Of a DNA stretch of 54,014 nt, positions 37,195 through 50,145 are shown in pieces (positions within the stretch are counted from its first letter, which is position 1; each line of letters opens with the position of its first letter). The notes below the pieces were generated by a model. The model searched no databases, was not told the origin of the DNA, and was given only the letters and a program-made list of their open reading frames with translations. The DNA is from Girardia tigrina (Eukaryota). The translations under genes and the position numbers were made by a program. Location of the stretch: NCBI GenBank assembly GCA_001938485.1, contig MQRK01239521.1, positions 18,696 through 72,709 on the forward strand, read 5' to 3'.

Positions 37195-40013
37195 AAAGTC
37201 ACCTTTTTCTTCTATTATTTTTATTAAATTCCAAATAGACTTTACAGTTCATCAATTGTTTGACCATTTTTTACTTTCAATTTCATCTTCTTCTTCCTTC
37301 CTCTACTTTCAATTTTATACTAACAATAATTTATGTACAAATTTTAATTTTTCCTAGATGAAAAGTTGATTACAAATTTTCTGTGTAATTTAAAAGTTGT
37401 AAACGACAAGAAATTTCCGGGAACATATAGGAAAATAACAGCCAGATACTACAATCAACTTTTTCAGTACACAAAGCGAATTTGACAATCTGACCTATAC
37501 AAAAAATATTCTAATTTTAAAAGATTAGTTGTAAAAGAAAAGCGTAAGAATTACGTTTTACTAACTCCTCTTTTGTCAACAACTTTGAAAATAGAATTTC
37601 AGTACTGAAAGCACACATTGAATATCGTGAAACATCAGGAAATGGGAACAATTATATTTCGTATAAAAATAGTTCAATCCTCAAATTAAAATTTGTATAA
37701 ACAATGATTTATTTATTTGGTTTACTATATTCGTATAAACAATCTCAAACAATACACCACAACGAATTCCTGTTTCTTCTCTTCTTCTCACAGTAAAAAG
37801 TCTGCTTTACAAAGTGTGTTCAGCAGACTTTGCCAGGACTCTTTGTCGGTATGGCGTCAGTTACCTGACGAATCAGAAGTTATAATAAATACCTTTTCTA
37901 CATTTTTCATAATTGAAACAATATGGTTTCTGAATATGTATTAGCGATGATTGTTGAGTCCATCCAGTCATTCTTGTACTGGCATAAAATATTTTAAAAA
38001 AGGTCTACCTACAAAAATGTGTGTGAGTCGTTTCAAGATAGTTTTATAAACCTTTTCAATCAATTATGGTAACAAAATCATTTGATGCAGAAAGTCCATG
38101 TTTATTTTGTCATATAATTTATCATGTTTGATATAATAATTTCAAAGAAAATTGAAGACAATGTTAACGAAAGATTTATTTTTTTCAGAAATTCAGAATA
38201 TATTTTAATATGCAAACAAAACAATTAAAATGAATTTTATAACATGTTTTTTCCTGAATTACTGGATTAAATTGTTTTTTCTGATTTTCGCATTGATTTA
38301 AAAGTTGGGAAGTTTGGATTGATTTTGGAATTGGGTTGGATTGCATTTAAGAATTTAAGCGTGCAGAATTTCATTAGAAATCAAATTAAGTGCGGTTTAT
38401 CGACCGTTTTTATCAAATTTATGTTGTTGTTAGGTGACGTGAACACACACAACTCCCCAACCTTGGAAGTCAAGACTTTGAGTCGAGAAACAAAAGAAAA
38501 AAATGTTCACTTGGAGTGAAACGAGGTGACGGGTGTGTTAATCTTATGCAAGGCGTGACACTTGTTTTGGGTAGTATACTCTATTGTATTTTCTGGGTTT
38601 GAACTGTGCTGTCTGTTCGGAATTAGGGAAATTGTTGGTTGTGGTGTGTGAGTTGCATGTTTCCTCGAGTTAATTCGTGAGTGATTTGTGTATCCTGTTA
38701 CTTTACTGGGTTGGAATGGTGTAAGTTGGTGTAGAGGTTCTGGAATATGTTGATTAGAAAATTTAGGATGTCGGGTTGAGATTTGGTAGTATGTGTGAAA
38801 GTTGTCTTGATGGAGCCATAACCGTCAATGAAGAAACCTGGTGTTACAGATTGAGTTTTAAAGCTTTTTTAAAATTAAATAAAAAATAATAATAACTATT
38901 TATATGATATTAGATTTTGTTAAAAAAAGGATGAAAGTTATCTTTTTGTAAAAAAGTGATTGTGGTAAATTCGATTTATTGTTGTCCTTGTCTTAAAGCT
39001 TCATTTTTTGTTTATTATAAAGACTGTAATTTGATTTGTGTGTGTGTGAGTGCCGATCCCGGCTAGTTCATTGTCGTCCGACATCAGTAAAATAGCTTCA
39101 CTATAAAAAAAGAATAACTCGATTAAACCGATTCAAAACTTTATTTTCAACAAAATCGCTTCCCGAAATTCGAATATTCAAACAAAAAAATATTTTTTTT
39201 GTTGTTCAAATATTTTTTAGAACCCGTTGATTAATTTTCTTAATTTTCGACATAACGATTTTAGTATATAAATATTAATATGTTGTAAATATTGATATTG
39301 ATTTTATGTATTATTTATTTACAGATTATTTTACTTCAAGATATTTTTTTTATTATTAAAAATCGAGATTTTAAAATAATTCTATTTTAAATATCTCACA
39401 GTGTGAAAAAAATTGTTAAAATTTAAATTCTTTTAATTTTTGATAGTGATTTTTTAGAATTACCAAAATCGGAGTGATATAATAAGATAGAAAATTGTAG
39501 AGGACGATCATAACATTGAAATGAGTATGGAAGTTTTATTCTTTCTTTGGTTACAACGAGTGTGTCCACAAGGATTGTTTCTGCTTTTTCTTCTAGACCG
39601 TTCTTTTCACAAAAAAATAATTCATGTGATCTTTACTCATTTTTTCCAGACGCCTTTTAAAGTAGCTAATGGCGAGAGATTTCTATGGTATGAAAGTGAT
39701 GACTTGATAAATCTGTTTTAATAATAGAAGACTTAAAGCCTCCACCGATTGTGACGGATTACTGTGTAAATATAGTAAACCATGGTACCCAGCTTTGGTA
39801 CACAAGGCAGTGAATCAGAGACTCTCTCGGGTGGAAAACTAAAAAATAGAATAGCTATTGATCGTCTCATACGGCTTTGAATGCGAAAGTTCAAGCCTTC
39901 AGAGCCCATCTACGTTTTGGTTTTCCTCTAAAAGATGATGAATCATGATTCCTTATGTAATGCTTTTGTAAAGCTTTGTATGTATAAGTGCACTTAGAGC
40001 AACTGGGTTTTAA

Positions 40014-40236
40014 CCCATTAACGCCGAACGGGAAAATTCGTGTCCAGCTAATAAAAATGGCTGTAAAAGTAAAGACATTGCATTTAGCTATGTTTCGTTG
40101 ATAAGATGTGCACTCTGAAGGTTCAGAACACATACGGAACATGTTTTGTTTCTCTGTCACCAGGCATTATGAAAAATTAAGAAAATTATGGAAAATTATG
40201 AAAAATTCATATTACATAATTCTCGGCATTAATGGG
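40014..40236. mobile_element. piggyBac-like MITE, 223 bp
   Basis: TTAA TSD on both sides; TIR CCCATTAA(C/T)GCCGA. Confidence 0.88.
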
Positions 40237-42020
40237 TTAATATCCCTCTATCTGTTCTTTTATCTAACCAAAAAGCCAAAACTACTTTCGGGTCAGCAGT
40301 GCCAATATCTTCTCAGCGTTGCCAACAGATAATGGGCATTATTATTTAAGATCGGATTCAAAGTATCTCTACGTTTTTCGTCTTAGATGTTTCGTACATT
40401 TACGATACTACCATTAACATTTATTCGATGATCAACTAAAATACGCTTCTGAAACCATCCTTTAGTTTAAAAGCATCTATGACAGTTTTTTAAGGGACAT
40501 CTGTCGCTGAGATGTCGTGTCCATATATATATTCTTTATATGTTCTTTTAATTCTTTTTGCTCAGTGAATGACTTATAAAAAGAAGGGAATGAACTGATT
40601 ACACTTTTGATACGTGGTTGGAACATTTTCGGATATTAATTTACTTGTTTCACAATCTTTCAGTTTTTCGTTTATAGTGGCTTTAAGCAGGTCTTTGAAA
40701 TCCTCATCGTAGTCTAGGACCACTCTCGAATTGTTGCACTCTCTATATTCTGCGAAGTCGAAGATCTAGAGCACGTTACAAGTAACACACTTTATCATCA
40801 GTTTCTTTTTATGACCAGACTTTTTGGATGTCCGAAACAAGTTAAAAGTTTAAAACACTGTTGACTTCGTTTATCTTATTTCTCTTATTATACTCATACA
40901 ATAAATTACGGCCTCTTGGTTAGAATCAATTTTGTCTGGGTAAACCAATCAATAGATCACTATTAGGGATTCTACCAAGCTTGATTTTTCTACAGGCCAT
41001 ATAACTGTTACGGGAAGCTTGTAAGTATACAACGTCCTTCTCAAATACTGCCAAACATTTGCTTTCATAATACCACCGGAATGATGTTGCATTGAATTAT
41101 GAGTTACATCTCTATAAATTTACGCATTCCGCGTGTATTCATCGACTAATATATCACCTACAGCTATCAATAGTGATCAATATTGTGTTGTGTTGTTTGT
41201 TCTCTTTGTATTATTAATAAATGTTAAAAAACCAATATGATGTTGTTAACATATGCCGTTACGTTTGTGTTTGGATATCTCTTGTTACTAAAGGAATAGA
41301 ACTTTCCTTAGTCAAATAATTATTAAGAATATTTATTGATTGATAAAAAGTTATGCGTAAAATCATTGAAAATTCGTACTATTAGAACGAATAATAATGA
41401 TTCCATTTTTATTTAATTTAATAAATAGACTTTTTGTTGTAATAAATTAAATCTGAAATTCTATTCGAATTAATAAATACTCAAATATAAAAATCTTACA
41501 TTTGTTTGGAAAAAGTGAAACAAATAAACCATAACACATTATACATTATTGAAAATATATCTTGCAAATGTATATATCAAAGAGATGTCGGATTTTTGAT
41601 AATAATGATTTTTGATAATTATGAAGTTTATTTACCATAGAATTCGCCCGTTTCCTTTTTATATGGCATTGTGTCACATAAATAAAACACTCATTACACT
41701 AATTAATAAAAAACCTAACAAAATAAATGCTAACTCATCAATGAAAATTGACCATTTTTTCTTTTTGTTATCGCATGACCATTTTAAAAAAGCATTAATA
41801 TAGGAAGAAAGCAGAAAAAATAACCAAAAAACAACAAATACACAGAAAAAAAGAAGACACAGTTACATACACACATAACATGCTTGTCTTGTTATAGGGT
41901 CTTTTTCGTTTTAATATGGTAAATTAAAATTAAAATAAACGTATAAAATAAAATTAATGAAATCAACATAGAAAATGGATTGCCGTTATTCCGATATTAG
42001 TAGTGTATCGGAGGTACACA

Positions 42021-42960
42021 TAGGGATACCAAAAATCCCGGAAAACTTAATCCATGGATTTCAGGAGTGAAAATTGTTGTTCCTGGGAATCTCGGAGATT
42101 TCCGAGATTCATTTGAAAACTTACGAACCATTATACTAAGTGTCATAATTCAGAACCAACTGTTTGAAATTCATGAAACACTAAAAATATACATTTAATC
42201 AATGTATAATTAAAATAATTCATTGATTAAATAACATAACATAAATAATTTTGAAAAATAATCTGAATACTTCAATTATATTTTATTTTTTAAAAACGCC
42301 ACCTAAAAAACATAAAGCATCAATGGTTTTATCGTTTAGTGTAGTTCGATTTTTTGAGCATAGAAGACCCAGCACTGAGAATGCTCGTTCACACCCCACA
42401 CTCGTTGGTTTAATAGATATCAAGTAATCATATACTTTTGAAGGGGGTCATCTATTGTGCCTTCACTTTAAATAACATTTCTTTATGAATTTTTGCAACT
42501 TCATTGTTACGCTAGCAAAATCTGTCGTAACACAAACGAAATCGTCTTTATTTTTATTTTAAAATTACAGTCTTTCATTTAAAGGAAATGACACTTTCTA
42601 CCCAAAAAACTGCAGTAAATATACTTGATTGCAATATAGCAATTAAATTTATGTACAGATAGTAAATGAAAATGTAGACTTTTCATTGAAGCAAGAACAA
42701 TTTTTAATATTTTTTGGCATGTGCTTACTTTGCACATGGCTGTTTCATCTGTTCCTCTTAGGCAATAATTCCAAATGTCATTTGTGCTGTTGACACTATC
42801 TTTTAAATAAATATATTTTTTTTTTCATATTTTAATGATTTCCAACCATAATTACAACTTACAAAAATAAATTAAGTATATAACAATGCCGAAATCCCGG
42901 GAAATGTTTGAGACAAATTCCGGTATACATTGTGTTCCTAATCTCGGATTGCCATTCCTA
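42021..42960 (-). mobile_element. Non-autonomous hAT deletion derivative
   Basis: TAGG termini; TSD GGTACACA/GGTATACC; dimerisation-domain remnant IKPTSVGCERAFS...LNDKTIDALCFL at ~42305-42425. Confidence 0.82.
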
Positions 42961-43601
42961 GGTATACCTGCTGCTTTTTTAAACATTTATTAATAATACA
43001 AGAATAATCTCCACAACACAATATTGACCACTGCGGGTAATTGCAGCAGAGATATCAGTAGACGGATGTGATGCAAAAGCTTAGATTTGTAACCCTCAAT
43101 AAATAAAAAACCCTTTATAAACCCCATAGAATAAGTTTTCAGCAAACTGAAAGTTATCAAATCAATCCTAACAAGAATTACAGGTATTTCAGGAATGAGC
43201 TCCTTTCCGAATGACAACCTTATTTCAAAAGAGATGAAATAAAAAATTTCATACCATATTAAACGATTTTTTATTGCTTCTACTTTGACAAATAATATTT
43301 ATGGAGATTAAATGTTATTTTTCATTTGTATATAAACAAGTTTCATTTCATTCCTTCTTTACATTTAGTTCTAATTTATAAAATGTTAAAAAGAAATCGT
43401 ATTTAACTGATTAAAAAGATGATATAATAAAGTTTGTAAGACTGATAAATAACAGTAAACTGAGCATTAGAAATGACTACTGTGTTAAATAGGTTTATCT
43501 CCCATTAAAGAAATGAATGTACTGCAATGTATTACAATAAAAAAACAAAATCACAGACCGTAAAATATATTCAAGAAAATAGTTATGGGAGCAGAGGTAC
43601 C

Positions 43602-46600
43602 TCAATCTAAAATTGTAAATAAAACATCTGCCTAAAAAACGAGAAAAAAGATTAAAACCTCATTCTGAATTGACTGGCAAGTGTAACACAATTCATTTAA
43701 TTTCGATGGGCCACTGTCGACAATACCGTTTATCGGTTGCAACAAACGAAAACTAAAAGCCATTGCGTTCGCTGCAGTAGCTTCTTCCTCCAATTGGACC
43801 TTATAGAAATTCTAGTTAATTTCAATTATAAAAAATATTCGTCCGAAATAAATCAAGAGTCTTACACCACAGAAACGGCACCGTTTTTTTTCTTCCTCAG
43901 TGGCAACAGTCGTCATTTTTTCGGCCGTACTACAAGATAAAAGCTAATAATATTGATCAAGATTTTCGAAATTCAAAAACCGAGAAATGGTATAAATCGT
44001 CGACGGGAAATCCGAATTCAAAGACGCTATGAAACCCTCAGTTAACCGGTCGATAGAATATGTTTTGTCTGTTGAAGTTTCTTCATTTTCCAAAAACGGT
44101 AAAGAGTTTCCATAAAACAGATTGATAAAAACAATTTCTTTCATTGAAAATTGTCTAAAAGATAAAATAAGAGAAAAAAGAAAAGATCAAGATTGAGACC
44201 TCATTGGTTGTAGAATAGATATGTTATATCGAGTGTCATGAAAAGATACATCATCAGAACTTCCAGATCCCTGAGCAATGTTTGAAAGAATTTTCATCGA
44301 TTGTCTTGAGCAATTATTGGACAAAACAACCCGAGAGCAACCGTATTTAACTGCCAATTCCGACAAAATAATTTTTAATAAAATTGTTTTTGTTGTTTGA
44401 TAGGCCGTTGAAAATTTCGTTTTCTTTAAAATTTCACTCACACATTTCAAACGATTATCAGGCTAAATAGAAAGCATTAAATTATTTTTTATATTTTTAT
44501 AAAATGTCAAAATATAATTATATTTTTAAAGCAGCTGTTTCGATCTGCTAATAATAACAAATGAATATTTTATTGAAAATGGTAACAAAGATATTAATTT
44601 TAATACTTTAGTTTTATTAAACATTATTTAATATTGACACAATCTTTCTTTCTTCATTTTTGAATATTAATATATGATTAACGTTGCGAATCAAAGTCAA
44701 CTTAAACAATAAAAAATTCATAGCTGTCATTGTACAGTAATTTTTAAATTTCGTTTTGAAGTGCTTCATTTTTGATATTAAGTTAGCTGAGATAATCGAA
44801 AAATGTTATTACAACTGTGAAGAATATTTAGAATGTTTGATGTTTTGTGTTTGAATGTGTATGTTGATTTGGAAATGTGTCTCTCCTACCCAGATGGATG
44901 ATTAATATTTTAATTCTTATTATCTAAAAATATGTAATGTTTAAATTTATTTTAAATTTCAAATAATTTTACAATTTCAAATAAGTTAATTAATTTTTAC
45001 AATTTTTAATAAATAAATCAAATTAATATTTTTTAAATAATTAATAACCATTTTAATTATTATCCAATAAGTTTTGAGTAAATATTTTATTAAAATATTA
45101 TTTTCCATTTGCTAAAAAATAATAAGAATTAATTCATTAATCAATTTAGTTTAGAATGCACTCGTACGAAAGCTTTGACAAAGATTGTCTAAAGGACAAT
45201 CAAAATTGTTGTTTAAATAAAAATATGAACAGTTAAATTAGTGTTATTAATTAGAACAATTTTTAAAAACGTTCTTTAGCCCGTTAACGTGCACTGACGA
45301 GTTAATTTGTTCGCGCTAAACTGGCAAAACCGTTCAGAAACGAGTTAACTGGCTCAAGCGCACTAAACTCGATAAACGAACTCAGAGGCTCGGGGGTTAT
45401 TTCATACATTCCCGATACGTGATTTTTCGCGATTCGGCCATAATTCGACATGAAAATTGTAGTAAAAAACTTGCACTAGCGGAGATCACGCCGAATCGCG
45501 TAAAAATCATGTTTCGTGATTGTTGGAATATGTTCCGCACCTTGTTTTGAATTATTTCACACAAAAGAAAATGTTTAAATATTTTATAAATAAATATTTT
45601 TACCGATAATGTTTTTTTCTGAAATGGGAATTCGAAAAGAAAGATAAAAAGGTCGATGTGCGTGTGATTTACAATATTCGACTATTTTCTGCAATGTGCA
45701 TCAAAATCCAAAATTGTAATTATTTTTATATTTTTTTAATTTTCCTGTCAAGACAACGTTCTAAACTGTGTTTTGTTTATAAAATAATGATTTTTGGCCG
45801 CTTTTTTCCAAAAAAAACTGTGCGTTAAAAGGTCAAGAAATAATTCGATATTGTTATTATTTAAAATTTCAAACAAATGTTTCCTTTAAATTATATAATC
45901 CTTAAACAATGTTTTATGGACCAGAAAATGATATTAGAAATGACTGATGAAATACATCGAAGATTTTGACACTAATGGTTAGGATTCCTCAATTATTATT
46001 GGGTTTATGAAAAACGAGCGTTCGAAGAATTTAATTGGAAAATTAAGACCGATAATGTTTAGATTGAAAATAAACGAAAATTAAATATCAGTGATCTTGT
46101 AGGAAAAAGACGAATTAAAGATTAAAAGTAGACAGACTTTATTTTAGAAAAATATTAAACTTTCAAATAAGTTTTTATGAGGCATATGTATTCAAATTTA
46201 ACTCGTTCCACAAGGATGAGTTGTTTTTGCCTCTACATGTATAGATGTTTAAAGCCGTGGTTCTCAAACCGCGAAAAAAATGAAATATAAAATTTAAAAT
46301 TGTCCTAAAAGAAAAATCAGTACTGTTAGGCGTTTTTTGGTGACTTTTAAATTTTTGAATAATTAATTTGTAATAACAAATTAATAATTAAATAAGTTCA
46401 AATAATTTATTTATATAAGTTTTAAAAAATATTAATATTTCAGAATAACAAAAATTAAGTTGTAGATAATATTAAGTTGTATATAAAATTAAGTTGTAGA
46501 ATAAGAAATCATTAATTGTAACTCAAAATTTGTACTAAAAAATAATTATATTTGAATGTTGTAAACAATTAACGAAGAATAAAAAATATTTAGGAATTTA

Positions 46601-49600
46601 ATTTTAACAGTAGATGTACCATTCAAATATTATAAAAATCTAAAATTATATTTAAGTTAACTGGTTTTAGATAAATAATACCGAAATAGCAACATCAAAA
46701 TAATTTTAAAATAATAAAAATCGTTGTAATTTAACTGAAATACGTTTAGTAGTCAATGGCCGCAGTTGGGTACGTCCGATCTCCGAAGTTAAGCAACCAA
46801 CGGCCGCGTTAGTACTTATTTGGGTGACCAATAGGGAAATCGCGGGGCCATTACTACAGGTCAGGTCAGGCAAGCTGTCTGCTACAGGTACCATGTAAAC
46901 CTGTACTATCTGTCTCATGGTCGAATAATTGGCGACTAAACCGGCTCCCTCACTCGAGCGACCTGGGTGAAGAGGTGTGGACACCTAGCAGGATGAAAAG
47001 CAAAACCTAGCAAAGGTCGGATCAGCTCCTTGGAGCCAACGGCCATCCATACCTGGAGAGGAGATAGGCGCCACCAGGTTCCTTGCCTACTGAGACACTC
47101 AAAAATATGCAAACCCAAGTCATAATGCTTGTGCATAATTGAGTGCACCCACGGCCCAAAGGCTACGGTACCAAAAAACGTTTAAAGTGATATAAAATCA
47201 AACAGTAAATTGTGTCGATTTTATAATGTATTTTAAAGATTTTTTATAAAATATTAAAATATTAATCAATTAATTAGATTAAATATAAATTAATTAAAAA
47301 ATAATAAATTCCATTTTAATTAACGTTTTTAATAAATAACTTATCAGTATTATTATGAGGGGTTAATTTAAATTTTTATCTCGCCTGAATAATTTATATT
47401 TTTTTAATTTAAAGGGTAAAATATTTTTATGTTAATCTGCTTATTCAATATTTTAAAATTAAAACGTTTTAAAAATAAAATATTTTAATGTGTTTTTAAA
47501 TATTTTAAAAAATTAAAAATGATATAATAAAAGAAAATCATAAAAAATAAAATATCTATTTAAAAATAAAAAATATCTTTTAATGTATCTATTAAATATC
47601 TNNNNNNNNNNNNNNNNNNNNNNNNNNNNNNNNNNNNNNNNNNNNNNNNNNTAAAAAATATCTTTTAATGTATCTATTAAATATCTTAAAATTAAAAATG
47701 TCAAGAAAACAAAAATATTAAATATTTATTTATAAATAAAAATATTTTTAATAAGTAATTTTAAAAAACTGAAATAATTTTTGAAATAAATTTTCAGGAT
47801 TTTAAAAATTAAATCGAAAAGAATTTAATGGATTAATTTGGGTCGAGATAATTAAATTAAATTAACAGGAAATTTGTTTTAAATATGTGAATTGTTATAT
47901 AAATAAATTTTGGTGTTAAAAAAATGAATCCTGATATCGAGGTTGCAACCACATCTCACAATTATAATCCAGTATTTTCATGCCTAAGGAATCTGGTCAA
48001 AAGAAAACGAAAGTTCCTCAAGAAAAACTTGTTTGACTAATTGTTATTGCGATAGAAATAAAATTTGCTGTTAATGAATTCTAATGTTGACCAAGAACCC
48101 GACAAGTACGATGTAAAATAATGATAGTGTAATCAGCAAATGTAATATGCTAGACCGAGTGGAACAGTTGCCATACAAAACATTCTAGTCATCCTTTACT
48201 TAATTGAAATTATAACGTATTGGTTATAAATTATTGACAAAATGGTCGGACGCGCTCCATAAAGGTATTCGTGTGTCTGCTCTAAAGGTAACGTATTATT
48301 GTAAGTGTTCTGTAGGAATAAATGTTAAAGTTTAGAGTTCCCCGACTTCAAAATCATGGAGAACCACGGGTTTAAGACAGAGAAAATCTTCGAAGACATT
48401 TAGTAAAATTTTATTTTAATTATTATTTTTAAATTTTATTCTGTTTTTTTAGTAGCCTTTTTACATGGGACCGTTTCACAAAACATATACGGTGAATATA
48501 TTTGCATCAACTAAAATATTGTTACAAAGTGTTTAGTAAGAAATTAATAGACAAAAATTAATAAAAATATTTAGAAAATCAATAATAAAAATCGGTACCA
48601 AATCAAGAATATTGATAATGTGAAACGGAAATCCTGACTCAGAGAGAGTTCGTTCGATGTCCGGAAGAGCGCTTGAATCGTCTGATAATTGTCAATTGGT
48701 TATACGGTAATTAAATCGATCAATTTTACCGTAAATATGGACAAAAATCGGTGTAAATCTCAATTTACGAAACTCATTCTCTGATAAACCCTGCAAAAAT
48801 TTCAATCAGATCATTTTTATGAAAAACCGGATTAATGAAAACCTTACCAATTTAATCAATTTTAGCAACGCCAAAGAGGAGGGGCCACCGGAGAATCCAA
48901 TCAATAATTTCTCTCCTTGTCGCACCAATTGGGTCTTACCGAATTCCGAACGAAATTTGTGAGTGCAAAATAAGAGGAAACATTTTCTAATTCAATTAAT
49001 TAATTTTTGTGTTTTTTTAATAAATGCAAAATAAATAATATTTTCTTAAAAAAATCATTAAATAAAATTTTTTTTTCAATTAGATTTTAAACTGCAAAAT
49101 TAATTTATATTTAAAAGTAATTATAATATGGAAAAAAAATTTTATAAAGGTTATCAAAAATTTAAATATGTCAATATTATATACATGATTAATTTCAGCC
49201 TATTATCCATGTGTATTGTAACCAACACCGAATTACGGCATTGAGAAAGAACTTGCTCGAATCAGTGCAATGTGTCAGTAGTATTTCCAAAGTATTACTC
49301 TGATCATCACGCTATATTTTAAAGGTGCACAATATGAGTATTTACAAGAATATAGGTAGTGTCAAAGTTGGTTCAATGGCATCTAAAGTCATTTCAAATA
49401 AATAGAAAATAGACAAACACGGGTCAAGAAAGCACTAAATAAAGAAAACATGGAAGAGTACAAAAAGAAATCAAAATGCCATATTCTGAGGATTTAAAGA
49501 ATATAAGAAGGGTATTTTCTAGAATATAAGTAGTATAAAATTGGTTTCAATAACATCCAAAGTTCAAAGCTTCCTCTGAAGTAAATCGAAAATGTGGAAT

Positions 49601-50108
49601 GCAAGCTAATCTGGTGTGGATTGCAACGGGTGTAAAAACTCGTACATTGAAGAGACAAATCGTCATCGCAAAATCTGGATTACTGAGCATTCACAATTCA
49701 GTCGATTAAGATTCTTACATTGTAAAAATAGAATCTTTTCTGTTTCAAAGGATGAGTTTTCTGTTCTATAGAAAGCCTTTAATTCACAATATGAGCGGCA
49801 GTTTTGTGAAACATTATTAATAAGACACTACAATACATTGATAAACACTCAAAATGGAAAAAACTATAGTCGTTTCAAATCTTTAAATATTTAATAAAAT
49901 TTTTGCAATTATCAAATAATATCTTTAAGATAAATAAATAAATTATCCTTTTTAACTAAATTTATAAAAAAAAGTAACATTATAACTAACAAATATAATT
50001 GCTGGTGATGTAAAAATCATTCCCGAAATATGTACAACAACGGATTTTTGAAAAAAAAGCTTTACCAGAACTATTTTATAAACATATTTAATTAGTATTC
50101 ACAAAATT

Positions 50109-50145
<37 letters not shown>

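Noticed and set aside
39056-39110. tRNA-Lys-like start (CCCGGCTAGTTCA)
   Set aside because: No cloverleaf or B box.
46749-46857. Functional 5S rRNA gene
   Set aside because: Internal deletion, no oligo-T terminator, and continues into a SINE-like body with TSD.
48440-48510. Extra CTU2 exon
   Set aside because: Exons 4 and 5 already join in phase and no CTU2 motif is seen.
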